Assembly: GCA_902385255.1 (NCBI GenBank)
Contig: CABMEV010000010.1
Span: 64,114 to 128,113, forward strand
From: Candidatus Tiddalikarchaeum anstoanum
GTDB taxonomy: Archaea; Nanobdellota; Nanobdellia; Tiddalikarchaeales; Tiddalikarchaeaceae
Length of the DNA: 64,000 nt
Direction of reading: 5' to 3'
How positions within the stretch are numbered: the first letter of the stretch is position 1; each line of letters starts with the position of its first letter. The notes beneath the pieces were generated by a model. It was not told the DNA's origin and made no database searches. It worked only from the letters and a program-made list of their open reading frames with translations. Made by a program: the position numbers and the translations under genes. Below, in pieces: positions 10,712-19,795 of the stretch.

Positions 10712-12328
10712 ATGGATATATACATGATTTATCCGGTTTTGCTTCTTATAACAATTATAACTCCTTTTGTAATAATCGGACTGGTTTTCAGGAACAAATC
10801 AAGGCTCGTAAAATTATTTATCCTGGTTCTTTTATGCTTATCAGGCTGGTCTTTTTTCACTTTTTTTGAAATATTGTCCCCAGTCTACAAACCGTTAATC
10901 TACGAGTTTAGCTTCATTTTCAGGACGGCGGTTTCGCCGCTTATGCTGGTATTTGTTTTGGAATTTACAGGAAGAACAAAACTGGTAAATAAGAAATTAA
11001 TCATTGCATTATCACTCTTCTATGCAGCAGTCATAGTTTTATTATTAACCAACAATTATCACAAATTATTCTTGAATTCAATATCCTTAGTCAACCTGCC
11101 TTATGATACAGTAGTAACAGAATCTGTTAAAGGCCCGCTTTTTAATGCATACTTGGCGTATAATTATTCCCTTTTAATAATAGCCTGTTTTATACTATTA
11201 GATTTTATAGTGAATAAAAAAGGGTCGTACAAAGGGGGTTTAATCATCCTTTTAGGTTTATTGATGCCTTTTGCAGCAAACGTATTAACAAATATTTTTC
11301 CAGACATTTTTAATGTCAAACTTGATTTGACTGTGTTGTTTTTTATGGTAACTGAAATACTTTTCCTGGTTGCCGTTAGTTTTTTCAAGCTTATACCTCT
11401 TAGCCGCAACATGGTTTTTGATTTCATCGACGACTCGATTTTTATATTAAACGATGAAGATGTAGTTATTGATTTTAACAAGAATGCTAAAAGGATGATA
11501 GATGAGAAAATAATCAATTATAATTCAGATAAGATTACGGGCGTGAAGATTAACGACTTATTTGGTTCAATTAATTATAAGGGGGAAAACATCATTTTTT
11601 CCGCAAAACAAAAAAGTTATTTCATAGAACAGACACCAATATTTACCAATTCTGAAGTTATAGGTAAACTGCTACGCATCAAGGATATCACATATATGCA
11701 AAAAATTGAAAATTTGACAAAGGACAAGGAGATTAGTGATTTGAAGGATAAATTTGTTTTGTTGATGATTCATGACTTGAAGCAGCCATTAACCCCTATA
11801 ATAGGTTTCTCTGAACTTTTAAAGGAGAGTGCGAATCCTAAACAGAAAGAGTATTCTGACAAGATATTATCCAATGCCTACAAACTAAAGGATATAACTG
11901 AGAAGGTTATAAATTCATTAAAATTCACGGCTGAGACATATGAAAAAACAGATGAGAAAAATTATCTTTCAGAAATAGTAGACGGTGTGCTGGATTCTTT
12001 AGAAACTAGCATAGCTTCGCATAAGGTGAAGATTTTAAAAAAAATTGACAAGATAATGATATCTTATGATTCAAGCGTATTTTCGAAAGTCTTGTCCAAA
12101 ATACTTGAGGATTTAATAAGCGCCAGCCAAGCAGGTAATATTGTTGGTATAGAAAGTTCTGAAGACTCAAAAAACATTTATGTTAATATAAAATTTAAAA
12201 TCAATAGCACTTTCATAAATGATTTGGAGTTTGAAATAATCAAGAGGAAATTGTCAGTTATAAATGTCATATTTGAATTAAAAGATAATGAAATGATAAT
12301 AACACTCCCAAAATCGGGAAAAGCTTAA
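10712..12328 (+). CDS. 7TM-anchored histidine-kinase-like protein with an apparently degenerate ATP-binding domain
   Basis: 538 aa. N-terminal ~230 aa has about 7 TM helices. The H-box MIHDLKQPLTPIIGFSELL is near-identical to that of the giant kinase. In the C-terminal ~170 aa I cannot find N-box, G1 (DxGxG) or G2 (GxGxG) motifs. Confidence 0.7.
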   Translation: MDIYMIYPVLLLITIITPFVIIGLVFRNKSRLVKLFILVLLCLSGWSFFTFFEILSPVYKPLIYEFSFIFRTAVSPLMLVFVLEFTGRTKLVNKKLIIALSLFYAAVIVLLLTNNYHKLFLNSISLVNLPYDTVVTESVKGPLFNAYLAYNYSLLIIACFILLDFIVNKKGSYKGGLIILLGLLMPFAANVLTNIFPDIFNVKLDLTVLFFMVTEILFLVAVSFFKLIPLSRNMVFDFIDDSIFILNDEDVVIDFNKNAKRMIDEKIINYNSDKITGVKINDLFGSINYKGENIIFSAKQKSYFIEQTPIFTNSEVIGKLLRIKDITYMQKIENLTKDKEISDLKDKFVLLMIHDLKQPLTPIIGFSELLKESANPKQKEYSDKILSNAYKLKDITEKVINSLKFTAETYEKTDEKNYLSEIVDGVLDSLETSIASHKVKILKKIDKIMISYDSSVFSKVLSKILEDLISASQAGNIVGIESSEDSKNIYVNIKFKINSTFINDLEFEIIKRKLSVINVIFELKDNEMIITLPKSGKA

Positions 12329-12381
12329 GAAAAATTTATTAAACATAGAGTACATTAAAACTGTTAAGAGATGTTTGAATA

Positions 12382-12777
12382 TTGAAATTTCTTGTTGTAG
12401 ATGATGAAGAAGATATACGCTTATTAATAACGACGTGGCTCAAAAGAAAAGGTTATGACTACATAACCGCAGTTAACGGTGATGACTGCATCACTAAATT
12501 AACAAAAGATATAGATATAATATTATTGGATATAATAATGCCAGGGCTTAAGGCTAAAGATGTGATTGACGGCATTAAAAAGAAGAATCCAAATGTGAGA
12601 GTAATATACTTAACAAGTGTGAAACCCTTCAATGTAACTCAGGAGCAGGAGAAAAAAGGCTTAGTTCCGGTAATAGAACCGCCAATTATAGGTTATATTG
12701 AGAAGCCGCTGGACGAGAAAACTTTCTTTTCAAGAATAGACGACGCGTTAAAGATGAAGAAGTTCTTGAAAAAATAA
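12382..12777 (+). CDS. Single-domain response regulator (receiver only), TTG start
   Basis: 131 aa. (M)KFLVVDDEEDIRLLITTWL...IDIILLDIIMPG. The upstream ATG at 12371 hits a stop after 4 codons, so TTG at 12382 is used. Confidence 0.8.
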   Translation: MKFLVVDDEEDIRLLITTWLKRKGYDYITAVNGDDCITKLTKDIDIILLDIIMPGLKAKDVIDGIKKKNPNVRVIYLTSVKPFNVTQEQEKKGLVPVIEPPIIGYIEKPLDEKTFFSRIDDALKMKKFLKK

Positions 12778-12784
12778 AATAATT

Positions 12785-13360
12785 TTATCTGAGGAATCCC
12801 TCTTTTTTCAATATTAATCTTCCTAATTCGTCAAGACTTGAATAATAACAGATATTATGAATGTCATCTTCGAAGTTAGACGGCAGTTTCTGGCTTATGC
12901 ACCTTTCATCAATAAAGAGATGAATATTTCTCAATTTCTTATCCTTGAATGCACCATATTTCTGATGATATTTGATAAAAGAGAGTTCTATTAAACTGCC
13001 TGGCGAGAATCCGAGGCATATAATACACAACGCCTGCTTTGTCAACTCAGCGTTTAATTTATACCAGTCGCCGTCAATAGGCCTAGTTTCATACTTTTCG
13101 AAATTCTTCTTCAAGTGCTCATAACCATAATAAGTATCTTTGTCAGGGTAGTAACCGATTGGTTTCTTTTTCTTAATCTCGCCGAACTTTAATGCAATAT
13201 CCGTATAAACACCATCGTCAGGAGCGACTATTATGTTGTCAAAGACTTTAGCCAGGAACTTTGCATAATCATAAACGAAATTTTGGTAATCCTCCTTTTT
13301 TATTCCGCCTAAATTCCACAATACTTGCCTGTCAGATAACCCTATCAAGACTGCATCCAT
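12785..13360 (-). CDS. Hypothetical protein; possibly a LOG/SLOG-superfamily Rossmann-like fold
   Basis: 191 aa. The segment LGFSPGSLIELSF resembles the PGGxGTxEEL motif of LOG-family proteins and the size fits. Other LOG motifs are not clear. Weak call. Confidence 0.3.
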   Translation of the reverse strand: MDAVLIGLSDRQVLWNLGGIKKEDYQNFVYDYAKFLAKVFDNIIVAPDDGVYTDIALKFGEIKKKKPIGYYPDKDTYYGYEHLKKNFEKYETRPIDGDWYKLNAELTKQALCIICLGFSPGSLIELSFIKYHQKYGAFKDKKLRNIHLFIDERCISQKLPSNFEDDIHNICYYSSLDELGRLILKKEGFLR

Positions 13361-13383
13361 AAAGTACTAACTAACATGCTCTA

Positions 13384-13394
13384 TTTTTAAATAA
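13384..13394 (+). promoter_or_regulatory. Archaeal TATA-like element (TTTTTAAATAA) about 26 nt upstream of the EndoQ-like ATG
   Basis: Seen in sequence. The 54-bp divergent intergenic region is shared with the minus-strand 191-aa gene. Confidence 0.45.
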
Positions 13395-13414
13395 CCTATT
13401 TATCAACTAATCAT

Positions 13415-14698
13415 ATGATATTCGCAGATTTTCACATACACTCAAAATACAGCCGCGCAACAAGCAGCACCATGGACATCAAGCACTTATCAGAGTACGG
13501 TTCTATGAAGGGATTAAACGTTATAGGAACAGGAGATTTCACGCACCCAAAATGGAGAAGCGAGATAAAAAGAGACACTGAATACTTAGGCAAAGGAATT
13601 TACAAAAGCAGGTTCAATAATATGAGGTTTGTGCTCTCAAGCGAGATAGCAACAATATACTCCCAGGGCGATTCTGTCAGGAAGATACACCATATAATAA
13701 TACTGCCTGACTTTGAAATAGTTGAACAATTCGTGGATAACTTAAGCAGGAAATTATTGGCATCAAATAAGAAAGCCAACTTCACAAGCGACGGGAGGCC
13801 AATAATAGGGATGAGCAGTTTGGAGCTTTGCGACACGCTGTTTTCAACTTATGATAAAGCACTCTTAATACCTGCTCATATATGGACTCCATGGTTCAGC
13901 CTGTTTGGAAGCGGAAGCGGATTTGACAAGATAGAAGACTGCTACGGCAAGTACACTAAGAATATTTTTGCATTAGAGACGGGACTGTCATCCGACCCAT
14001 TGATGAACTGGAGACTGTCACAGATAGCGGATAAGACATTAATCAGCAACAGCGACTGCCACGGCCCGTTCGTTGACAGGATAGGACGGGAGTGCAACGT
14101 TTTTGATACAACGCTTGACGCTTTCAACTATGACTACTTATATGACGCATTAAAGAATAAGAAATTAGCATTCACTGTAGAGGTTGACCCAAGTTACGGC
14201 AAGTACCATTTCGACGGACATAGGAACTGCAACATCTGCTTTACGCCAAAAGAGAGCATACAACATAAGAATATCTGCCCGGTATGCAGGCGCAAGTTAA
14301 CAATAGGAGTGCTTCACAGGGTTGAGGAACTCGCTGACAAACCTGAAGGTTACAAGCCTCTAAATGCAGTGCCTTTCCAGTACCACGTTCCGCTCATAGA
14401 AATAATAGCTGCACTGACTGGTAAAGGAATCGGAACCAAGGGAGTGAAGGAACAGTATTTTGAATTAATCAAAAAATACGGCAACGAGTTTAACATAATG
14501 TTCAACCTGTCTGTTAATGAGATAGAAAGTTCATTTACAGGGCTTGGGAAAATAATACAATCACTCAGGGATAAGACTATGAAGGTAACGCCAGGTTATG
14601 ACGGCGTGTACGGAGTTCCAGGTATAGGAACTTTGAAAGATAAACCTTCTAAAACAGTTAAAACACCCCAAAAAAGCATTTTAGAATTCCAAAAGTAA
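13415..14698 (+). CDS. PHP-domain endonuclease, endonuclease Q (EndoQ)-like, for deaminated-base repair
   Basis: 427 aa. FADFHIHSKYSRA (PHP HxH), LISNSDCHGP, VEVDPSYGKYHFDGH and the Zn-finger CNICF...CPVCRR match my recollection of the Pyrococcus EndoQ architecture and its ~424-aa length. Confidence 0.7.
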   Translation: MIFADFHIHSKYSRATSSTMDIKHLSEYGSMKGLNVIGTGDFTHPKWRSEIKRDTEYLGKGIYKSRFNNMRFVLSSEIATIYSQGDSVRKIHHIIILPDFEIVEQFVDNLSRKLLASNKKANFTSDGRPIIGMSSLELCDTLFSTYDKALLIPAHIWTPWFSLFGSGSGFDKIEDCYGKYTKNIFALETGLSSDPLMNWRLSQIADKTLISNSDCHGPFVDRIGRECNVFDTTLDAFNYDYLYDALKNKKLAFTVEVDPSYGKYHFDGHRNCNICFTPKESIQHKNICPVCRRKLTIGVLHRVEELADKPEGYKPLNAVPFQYHVPLIEIIAALTGKGIGTKGVKEQYFELIKKYGNEFNIMFNLSVNEIESSFTGLGKIIQSLRDKTMKVTPGYDGVYGVPGIGTLKDKPSKTVKTPQKSILEFQK

Positions 14699-14732
14699 TG
14701 TTTTTAAACAGGTTTTTTCCTATATTTGAAAG

Positions 14733-15575
14733 ATGACTTTAAGGGATATTTTGTACACAACATCCAATGAGATAACTAATATTAAAGATAATATTTCAGA
14801 ATATTCTGCAACTTCTCAAAAATACACTGACTGCCTTGTTAATATGCAGAGAATAAATTACATATTAGATTTGGACAGGGGAAAGAAAGAAGGTTTATTG
14901 GATAAGTTTCACAGCCTAAACATTTCAAGGATTACACCTATTAAGGGAAGAGGATATCTTCAGAACATAATTGGCGAACTTGAGGAAGTTCAAACGGTTT
15001 TCGAGGAAGAAGTTCCGGAATTTAATGATACTTTAAATCGGATTATTTCATCATATCATAACAATGAGATAAGCGATGATAACGCATGTCTTATACTAAT
15101 GACTAATTGGCTGGCTAATTCGAATTATAGAGATGATTTAGTATTGACTGAAATTATGGAATATATGAATCTTGCTAAGATTAATTCTGCAAGAACTGCA
15201 GTAGAGATGCTTGGAACTAACTCTTTCAATGAAGATTTGCAGGAAAAATTTAATTATTTTATTGAAAACTTAAGCAATACGCTCAGGGGAACTAAATTGA
15301 CTTTTTTATATCCGGAACCGGAACTTAAAACAAGTCAAAAAATTAAGCCAAGCTCTATATTAAACGCACCTGTTAATACTACTTTTGAAAATTTAGAAAT
15401 AAATTTTGACTTTATTAACGATGATGTTCCTGTTAAGAATTACAGAATAATGGAGAATGATAACTTAGTTGCAGAGATTAACCCTGCCGTAACAGCCATA
15501 CTTCACGAAAATAATCATGCAAAAATCGTAAGCCTTACTAACTTATTGGATTTTATTATGCCAAGATTAAACTGA
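14733..15575 (+). CDS. Hypothetical protein, probably co-transcribed with the EndoQ-like gene (34-nt gap)
   Basis: 280-aa ORF with no recognisable motif. Confidence 0.5.
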   Translation: MTLRDILYTTSNEITNIKDNISEYSATSQKYTDCLVNMQRINYILDLDRGKKEGLLDKFHSLNISRITPIKGRGYLQNIIGELEEVQTVFEEEVPEFNDTLNRIISSYHNNEISDDNACLILMTNWLANSNYRDDLVLTEIMEYMNLAKINSARTAVEMLGTNSFNEDLQEKFNYFIENLSNTLRGTKLTFLYPEPELKTSQKIKPSSILNAPVNTTFENLEINFDFINDDVPVKNYRIMENDNLVAEINPAVTAILHENNHAKIVSLTNLLDFIMPRLN

Positions 15576-15586
15576 AAATCCCTGTT

Positions 15587-16258
15587 TTAATCTTTAATTT
15601 CTAATTTTTTTTCAGGAAATTTTTCTTTCAATGTATTAATTAGCGTATCTTCACTTATACCTGAAAGGTCAATTATTACTGTTTTTGACATATCTAAATT
15701 CATTAGCTGCATTAAATTTCTTATTAAATTATTTATTTTTTTAGTATATTCAGTTATTTCAGTATTAGTGAATATAAAGAGAGTTTTGCTGGAAAGGCGA
15801 TTGATTCCGTGTCTTGTTTTAGCATAATTATGTTTTATTTCAAACCGTTCAATGCTTTCTTTTTTAATCTCGTATTTTCCGACTCTGTCTGAAACTATTA
15901 TTCTGTTGTTTGTTATGTCATAGATTTCGTTATATCTGGCTTTATTTATTGCAAGCACGTCCAAAACTATAAGTAATAAAACACTTCCAAAAATAATATA
16001 TTTCATAGTTATAACAACGCCGAGTGCGGCTTCAGGAGTTCCTTCAATATTTCCTGAAGCAAAACTAAAAATTGTTTTTAAAACAAGCCCCATTTCACTC
16101 AAGAAATTAGTATTGTTTGCTATGCTATTATTTTCATTTATTGCCTGGATTTTAGAGTCAAAATCCATTAATGAAAATACAGTCACAAGCACTGTCAATG
16201 CCGCAGTTAGAAAAATAATTAGAAATATATCAGGATATTTAGACCTTTTAATTATCAT
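15587..16258 (-). CDS. Membrane protein with 2 TM helices and a possible bacterial-PH-like cytoplasmic domain
   Basis: 223 aa with two hydrophobic helices. The segment NRIIVSDRVGKYEIKKESIERFEI fits a bPH/DUF304-like pattern weakly. Confidence 0.4.
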   Translation of the reverse strand: MIIKRSKYPDIFLIIFLTAALTVLVTVFSLMDFDSKIQAINENNSIANNTNFLSEMGLVLKTIFSFASGNIEGTPEAALGVVITMKYIIFGSVLLLIVLDVLAINKARYNEIYDITNNRIIVSDRVGKYEIKKESIERFEIKHNYAKTRHGINRLSSKTLFIFTNTEITEYTKKINNLIRNLMQLMNLDMSKTVIIDLSGISEDTLINTLKEKFPEKKLEIKD

Positions 16259-16263
16259 TTTCT

Positions 16264-16617
16264 TTATGCCTTTAATCCGTGCATGCTTGACAATCTCCAG
16301 ATTGAGATTGTGACAAGCAAAAAGAATATTGTGAATATTGCACTATTCAGCATCTCGGGAAGTATTCCGCCAATGGTTAACAACCCGTGAGCTATGCCGG
16401 CTAAGCTTCCAAAAAGAAGTAGGGTAAATCCTTCACGCCAGCGCCTGATAATGCTGCGCTTTAAGCTTCTCTTGCTGATGGTGAGGATTATTATCCCGAA
16501 TATTACTTCTAACACGTTATATATTAGCTTAAGATTGGTGAATGCCAGTGCGAGTATTATGACAATAAAAGCTATGTAGAAAATGTTATAGTTCATATCT
16601 TTAGTTAAAAAATCCAA
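16264..16617 (-). CDS. Small integral membrane protein (3-4 TM)
   Basis: 117 aa, strongly hydrophobic. Confidence 0.45.
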   Translation of the reverse strand: MDFLTKDMNYNIFYIAFIVIILALAFTNLKLIYNVLEVIFGIIILTISKRSLKRSIIRRWREGFTLLLFGSLAGIAHGLLTIGGILPEMLNSAIFTIFFLLVTISIWRLSSMHGLKA

Positions 16618-16650
16618 TTTTATAAATATTAGCTGTTTATTAAAAAAACA

Positions 16651-17184
16651 ATGAATGGGCTTATATTATTAATAATAGTATTGAACATTTTTGGGATAAT
16701 ACTCGGGCTGGACGCCTATTATTACCAGCTGACAACTACGCCCTTCATGTTCTGGATTTTCGTTATAGACTGCCCTCTTGCAGCGATACTTTTTTTATTG
16801 TACCTGATGGGTTTGACTAATCCTTATTTTGAAGCCATAATGAGATGTTATGCCCTAAAATACGGAATCTGGACTATTATAGTAATATTCTCATCGTCCG
16901 AGTTCTTAAATTACTCTTTCACATGGGTGAACTTATTGCTGCACGCTGGTTTAATAATTGAATCCTTCACTTTTATGAAAAAAAGATTAGCAGCCAAGCA
17001 TTTTATACCTGCGCTAATAATACTTTTAACGAATGATTTTTTGGACTACGTTATAGGCATCCATCCTCCAATTAACAACTCATTATTTTTCGAAACAGCA
17101 TTTTTTACGGTATTCTTGTCAATATTTTCAGTTGCTGTGTTCGTATTGTTCTATAAAAATAATAAAAATATTAAGTTAGAATAA
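16651..17184 (+). CDS. Integral membrane protein (about 5 TM), unknown function
   Basis: 177 aa, hydrophobic helices. Confidence 0.5.
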   Translation: MNGLILLIIVLNIFGIILGLDAYYYQLTTTPFMFWIFVIDCPLAAILFLLYLMGLTNPYFEAIMRCYALKYGIWTIIVIFSSSEFLNYSFTWVNLLLHAGLIIESFTFMKKRLAAKHFIPALIILLTNDFLDYVIGIHPPINNSLFFETAFFTVFLSIFSVAVFVLFYKNNKNIKLE

Positions 17185-17185
17185 A

Positions 17186-17206
17186 TTTTTTTTACTTCTT
17201 TTTTGG
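17186..17206. terminator. Oligo-T tract (T8...T6) between convergent genes
   Basis: tttttttttacttcttttttgg immediately after the TAA at 17182-17184. It overlaps the 3' end of the convergent ferredoxin gene. Confidence 0.4.
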
Positions 17207-17434
17207 TGCAGTTTTCTTTTCTTCCTTAACCCAGCTTGGTGCGGTTTCACTGACTATTATCGCATTCTCCGGACAGTTAGCTTCGCAGGCATGGCATCCT
17301 ATGCAGTCAGCAGGTCTTGCAATCTTTGGGTAATCTTTGTCAGAGACTTTGTCGAATACTGTTACTGGGCAAACGCTTACGCAGGTAAAATGTTTCTTGC
17401 ACTTCTTGACATCTATATAAGGCCTTACTCCCAT
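17192..17434 (-). CDS. 2x[4Fe-4S] ferredoxin
   Basis: 80 aa with two CxxCxxCxxxCP motifs (CKKHFTCVSVCPV, CIGCHACEANCPE). It lies 2 nt downstream of topA on the same strand. Confidence 0.85.
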   Translation of the reverse strand: MGVRPYIDVKKCKKHFTCVSVCPVTVFDKVSDKDYPKIARPADCIGCHACEANCPENAIIVSETAPSWVKEEKKTAPKKK

Positions 17435-17436
17435 AT

Positions 17437-19692
17437 TTAGTGTTCACACTCCTTATTTATGCAGGACTCCTCATCATTTATAAGTATTATCGGGCTGCCG
17501 CACTTTTTGCATTTCTTCTCTGTAAATTTCAATTCATCCTTCTGGTTTAACCCGTACAACTTTTTGCAGTTCGGGTAATTTGAGCATCCTACAAATCTCG
17601 AACCCCTGTTTGAGAACATGAGCCTTAATGCGTTTTTGCACTCAGGGCATTCGCCAACTATCCTGGTCTTGCAATTCTTCTCAAGGCAGCACTCGAATCC
17701 TTTTTTGCCTACTTTGACAATAGGCGAGCCGCACGTGCACGTCTTGTCTGAGAATTCGTAAACTCCCCTTGGCAGGCTGTAAATGCTTGTGCATTTCGGA
17801 TAATTTGAGCACCCTACGAATTCCTGCCCGTTCTTCTTGCTGTACATTATTATAAGATTAGAGCCGCACTTTCTGCACTTTCCTACAACTTTTCCAACAT
17901 TGCTCTGCTCTTTCCACATTTCTTCAAGCGCGGCGTTCAACTCTTTGCCTATTACTTCCTCATTATCCTTGAAGGTGTTGCTGATATCTATTATTATCTC
18001 CTCAGCCTGGGACATTACTTCTTCTTTTGTCTCCTTCTTGTCCTGAATCTTATCCATCAATTTTTCGAAATGCCTTGTTAAATCCTCGCTTATTATCTTT
18101 GGGCAGAACTTCTCCAATGTTCTTATCACTCCGATTCCTAGTTTCGTTACAGTTATGCTTTCGCCAGTAATGTATCCCCTATCCTCCAGCGTCTTTACAA
18201 CATCCGCCCTTGTCGCCTTGGTTCCAATATCCCTTTTTTCCATCTCTGCAACTATACCTGCCTGAGTGTACCTGTTAGGAGGCAGTGTCTGTTTCTTTTC
18301 ATCACTCACCTTATCAATTGATACAATCTCCCCTTCCTTAACGTCAGGGAGTTCGAACTCCTTAGTTAGAGCATACTTTCCGTAATATTTCATCCATCCC
18401 TTTTCAATAATTATGCTTCCGTTCGAGACGAAAACGTGGTCCTTCACGCTTATCTTGATGTTAGTATTATTTTTTATTGCATCCTCCGCGAAGCATGACA
18501 AGAATCGTCTTACTATCAGGTCGTACACGTTCTTGTCCTGTATAGTTAAGCCATGAGGCGCTTCGCCTGTCGGGTGTATTGCCGTATGGGCCTGGTCGTC
18601 TTTCTTGCCCTCGAAAGGTTTTAAGTATTTCTTGCCAAGGAGTTCGCTGCATTCTCTTTTGTAAAACTCCTGCTTTTTCAGATTCCCGATAATCTTGGCG
18701 TAGCCTATCTTCTCAGGGAGTTTTTGGGAGCTTGTTCTTGGATAACTTATGAGTGCTGAAGTGTAAAGTTTTTGCGCAATCTTCTGCGTATTGTAAGGGT
18801 TGTACTTGAACTGCTTGTACGCCTCAGTCTGGAGGTTCGTAAGGTTGAACGGTACTGGAGGATTTAATTTGACCTCTTTCTTGGTGACGCTTTTTACTGT
18901 TCCTGTCTTTTCATTCCTGCAGTCCTCTTCGATTTTTTTCGCAGCTTCGAAATCGAATATTTTGTCTTTCTCATGCTCCGCCAAGTACTCCTTGTTCCAT
19001 ATTATGCTTAAGTCCCAGTAATCCATGGGAATAAATTTTCCAATTTCGTCCTCTTTATCAGTCAGCATTTTCAGTGTCGGGCCCTGCACTCTTCCGGTGC
19101 TGAGCACCTTAAAGCCTCCGCCTCTTGCTTTCTTGAGGCATATCGTTAAAGCCCTTGTCAGGTTTATTCCATACATCCAGTCAAGGTGGTGTCTTGCAAG
19201 GCCTGCATTTATCATGCCCATGTCAATGTTTTCCCTTTTATTCTCGAAGCTTTGGAGAAGCTCCTCTTTTGTCAGGGTTGTGAAGTACATCCGTTCCGCC
19301 TCTTTCCTGTTGCAGATGAATCTTAATATGTTGTAAGCGATGACGCTGCCTTCTATATCCCAGTCAGTTGCTACTATGAATTTGTCTGCTTTCTTGGCCA
19401 ATGCTTCCATATTCTTATAATATTTTTTTGTAAACAGTGCTTTCTTGTCAGCCTCGAAAGTTGGCACCCACTCATTCTCAAATATAGGGTAAGTCCAGCC
19501 TTTGCCGTTGACGTGCTTTAATACGAATAAGTGGCCGACTGCGGGCGAGACAATTATTCCCTCATTATTCTTCTTTAACTCGTAATACCTGACACCATCC
19601 TTCTTATGCTCTTTTAACGTTCCCGAATCGGCAAGTGCGGAAGCTATCTTCTCTGCAGCATCAGGTTTTTCAGCGATTATGAGTGTGGACAT
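17437..19692 (-). CDS. topA: DNA topoisomerase I (type IA) with four C-terminal Zn-ribbons
   Basis: 751 aa. Toprim N-terminus (IIAEKPDAAEKIA), active-site LISYPRTSSQ, and four CxxC...CxxC zinc ribbons at the C-terminus. Confidence 0.9.
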   Translation of the reverse strand: MSTLIIAEKPDAAEKIASALADSGTLKEHKKDGVRYYELKKNNEGIIVSPAVGHLFVLKHVNGKGWTYPIFENEWVPTFEADKKALFTKKYYKNMEALAKKADKFIVATDWDIEGSVIAYNILRFICNRKEAERMYFTTLTKEELLQSFENKRENIDMGMINAGLARHHLDWMYGINLTRALTICLKKARGGGFKVLSTGRVQGPTLKMLTDKEDEIGKFIPMDYWDLSIIWNKEYLAEHEKDKIFDFEAAKKIEEDCRNEKTGTVKSVTKKEVKLNPPVPFNLTNLQTEAYKQFKYNPYNTQKIAQKLYTSALISYPRTSSQKLPEKIGYAKIIGNLKKQEFYKRECSELLGKKYLKPFEGKKDDQAHTAIHPTGEAPHGLTIQDKNVYDLIVRRFLSCFAEDAIKNNTNIKISVKDHVFVSNGSIIIEKGWMKYYGKYALTKEFELPDVKEGEIVSIDKVSDEKKQTLPPNRYTQAGIVAEMEKRDIGTKATRADVVKTLEDRGYITGESITVTKLGIGVIRTLEKFCPKIISEDLTRHFEKLMDKIQDKKETKEEVMSQAEEIIIDISNTFKDNEEVIGKELNAALEEMWKEQSNVGKVVGKCRKCGSNLIIMYSKKNGQEFVGCSNYPKCTSIYSLPRGVYEFSDKTCTCGSPIVKVGKKGFECCLEKNCKTRIVGECPECKNALRLMFSNRGSRFVGCSNYPNCKKLYGLNQKDELKFTEKKCKKCGSPIILINDEESCINKECEH

Positions 19693-19795
19693 TGAAATAG
19701 TACATTTATTAACAACTATTTAAATTCTACCTTTTTTTTTACCCTGTTTAGTGGTGGAAAAGTTATTTAAGGTGAATATTTTTCTAAAATGAGTT

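Noticed and set aside
12371-12381. ATG at 12371 as the start of the third receiver gene
   Set aside because: It terminates after four codons (atg ttt gaa tat tga). The in-frame TTG at 12382 gives the conserved MKFLVVDDEE receiver N-terminus.
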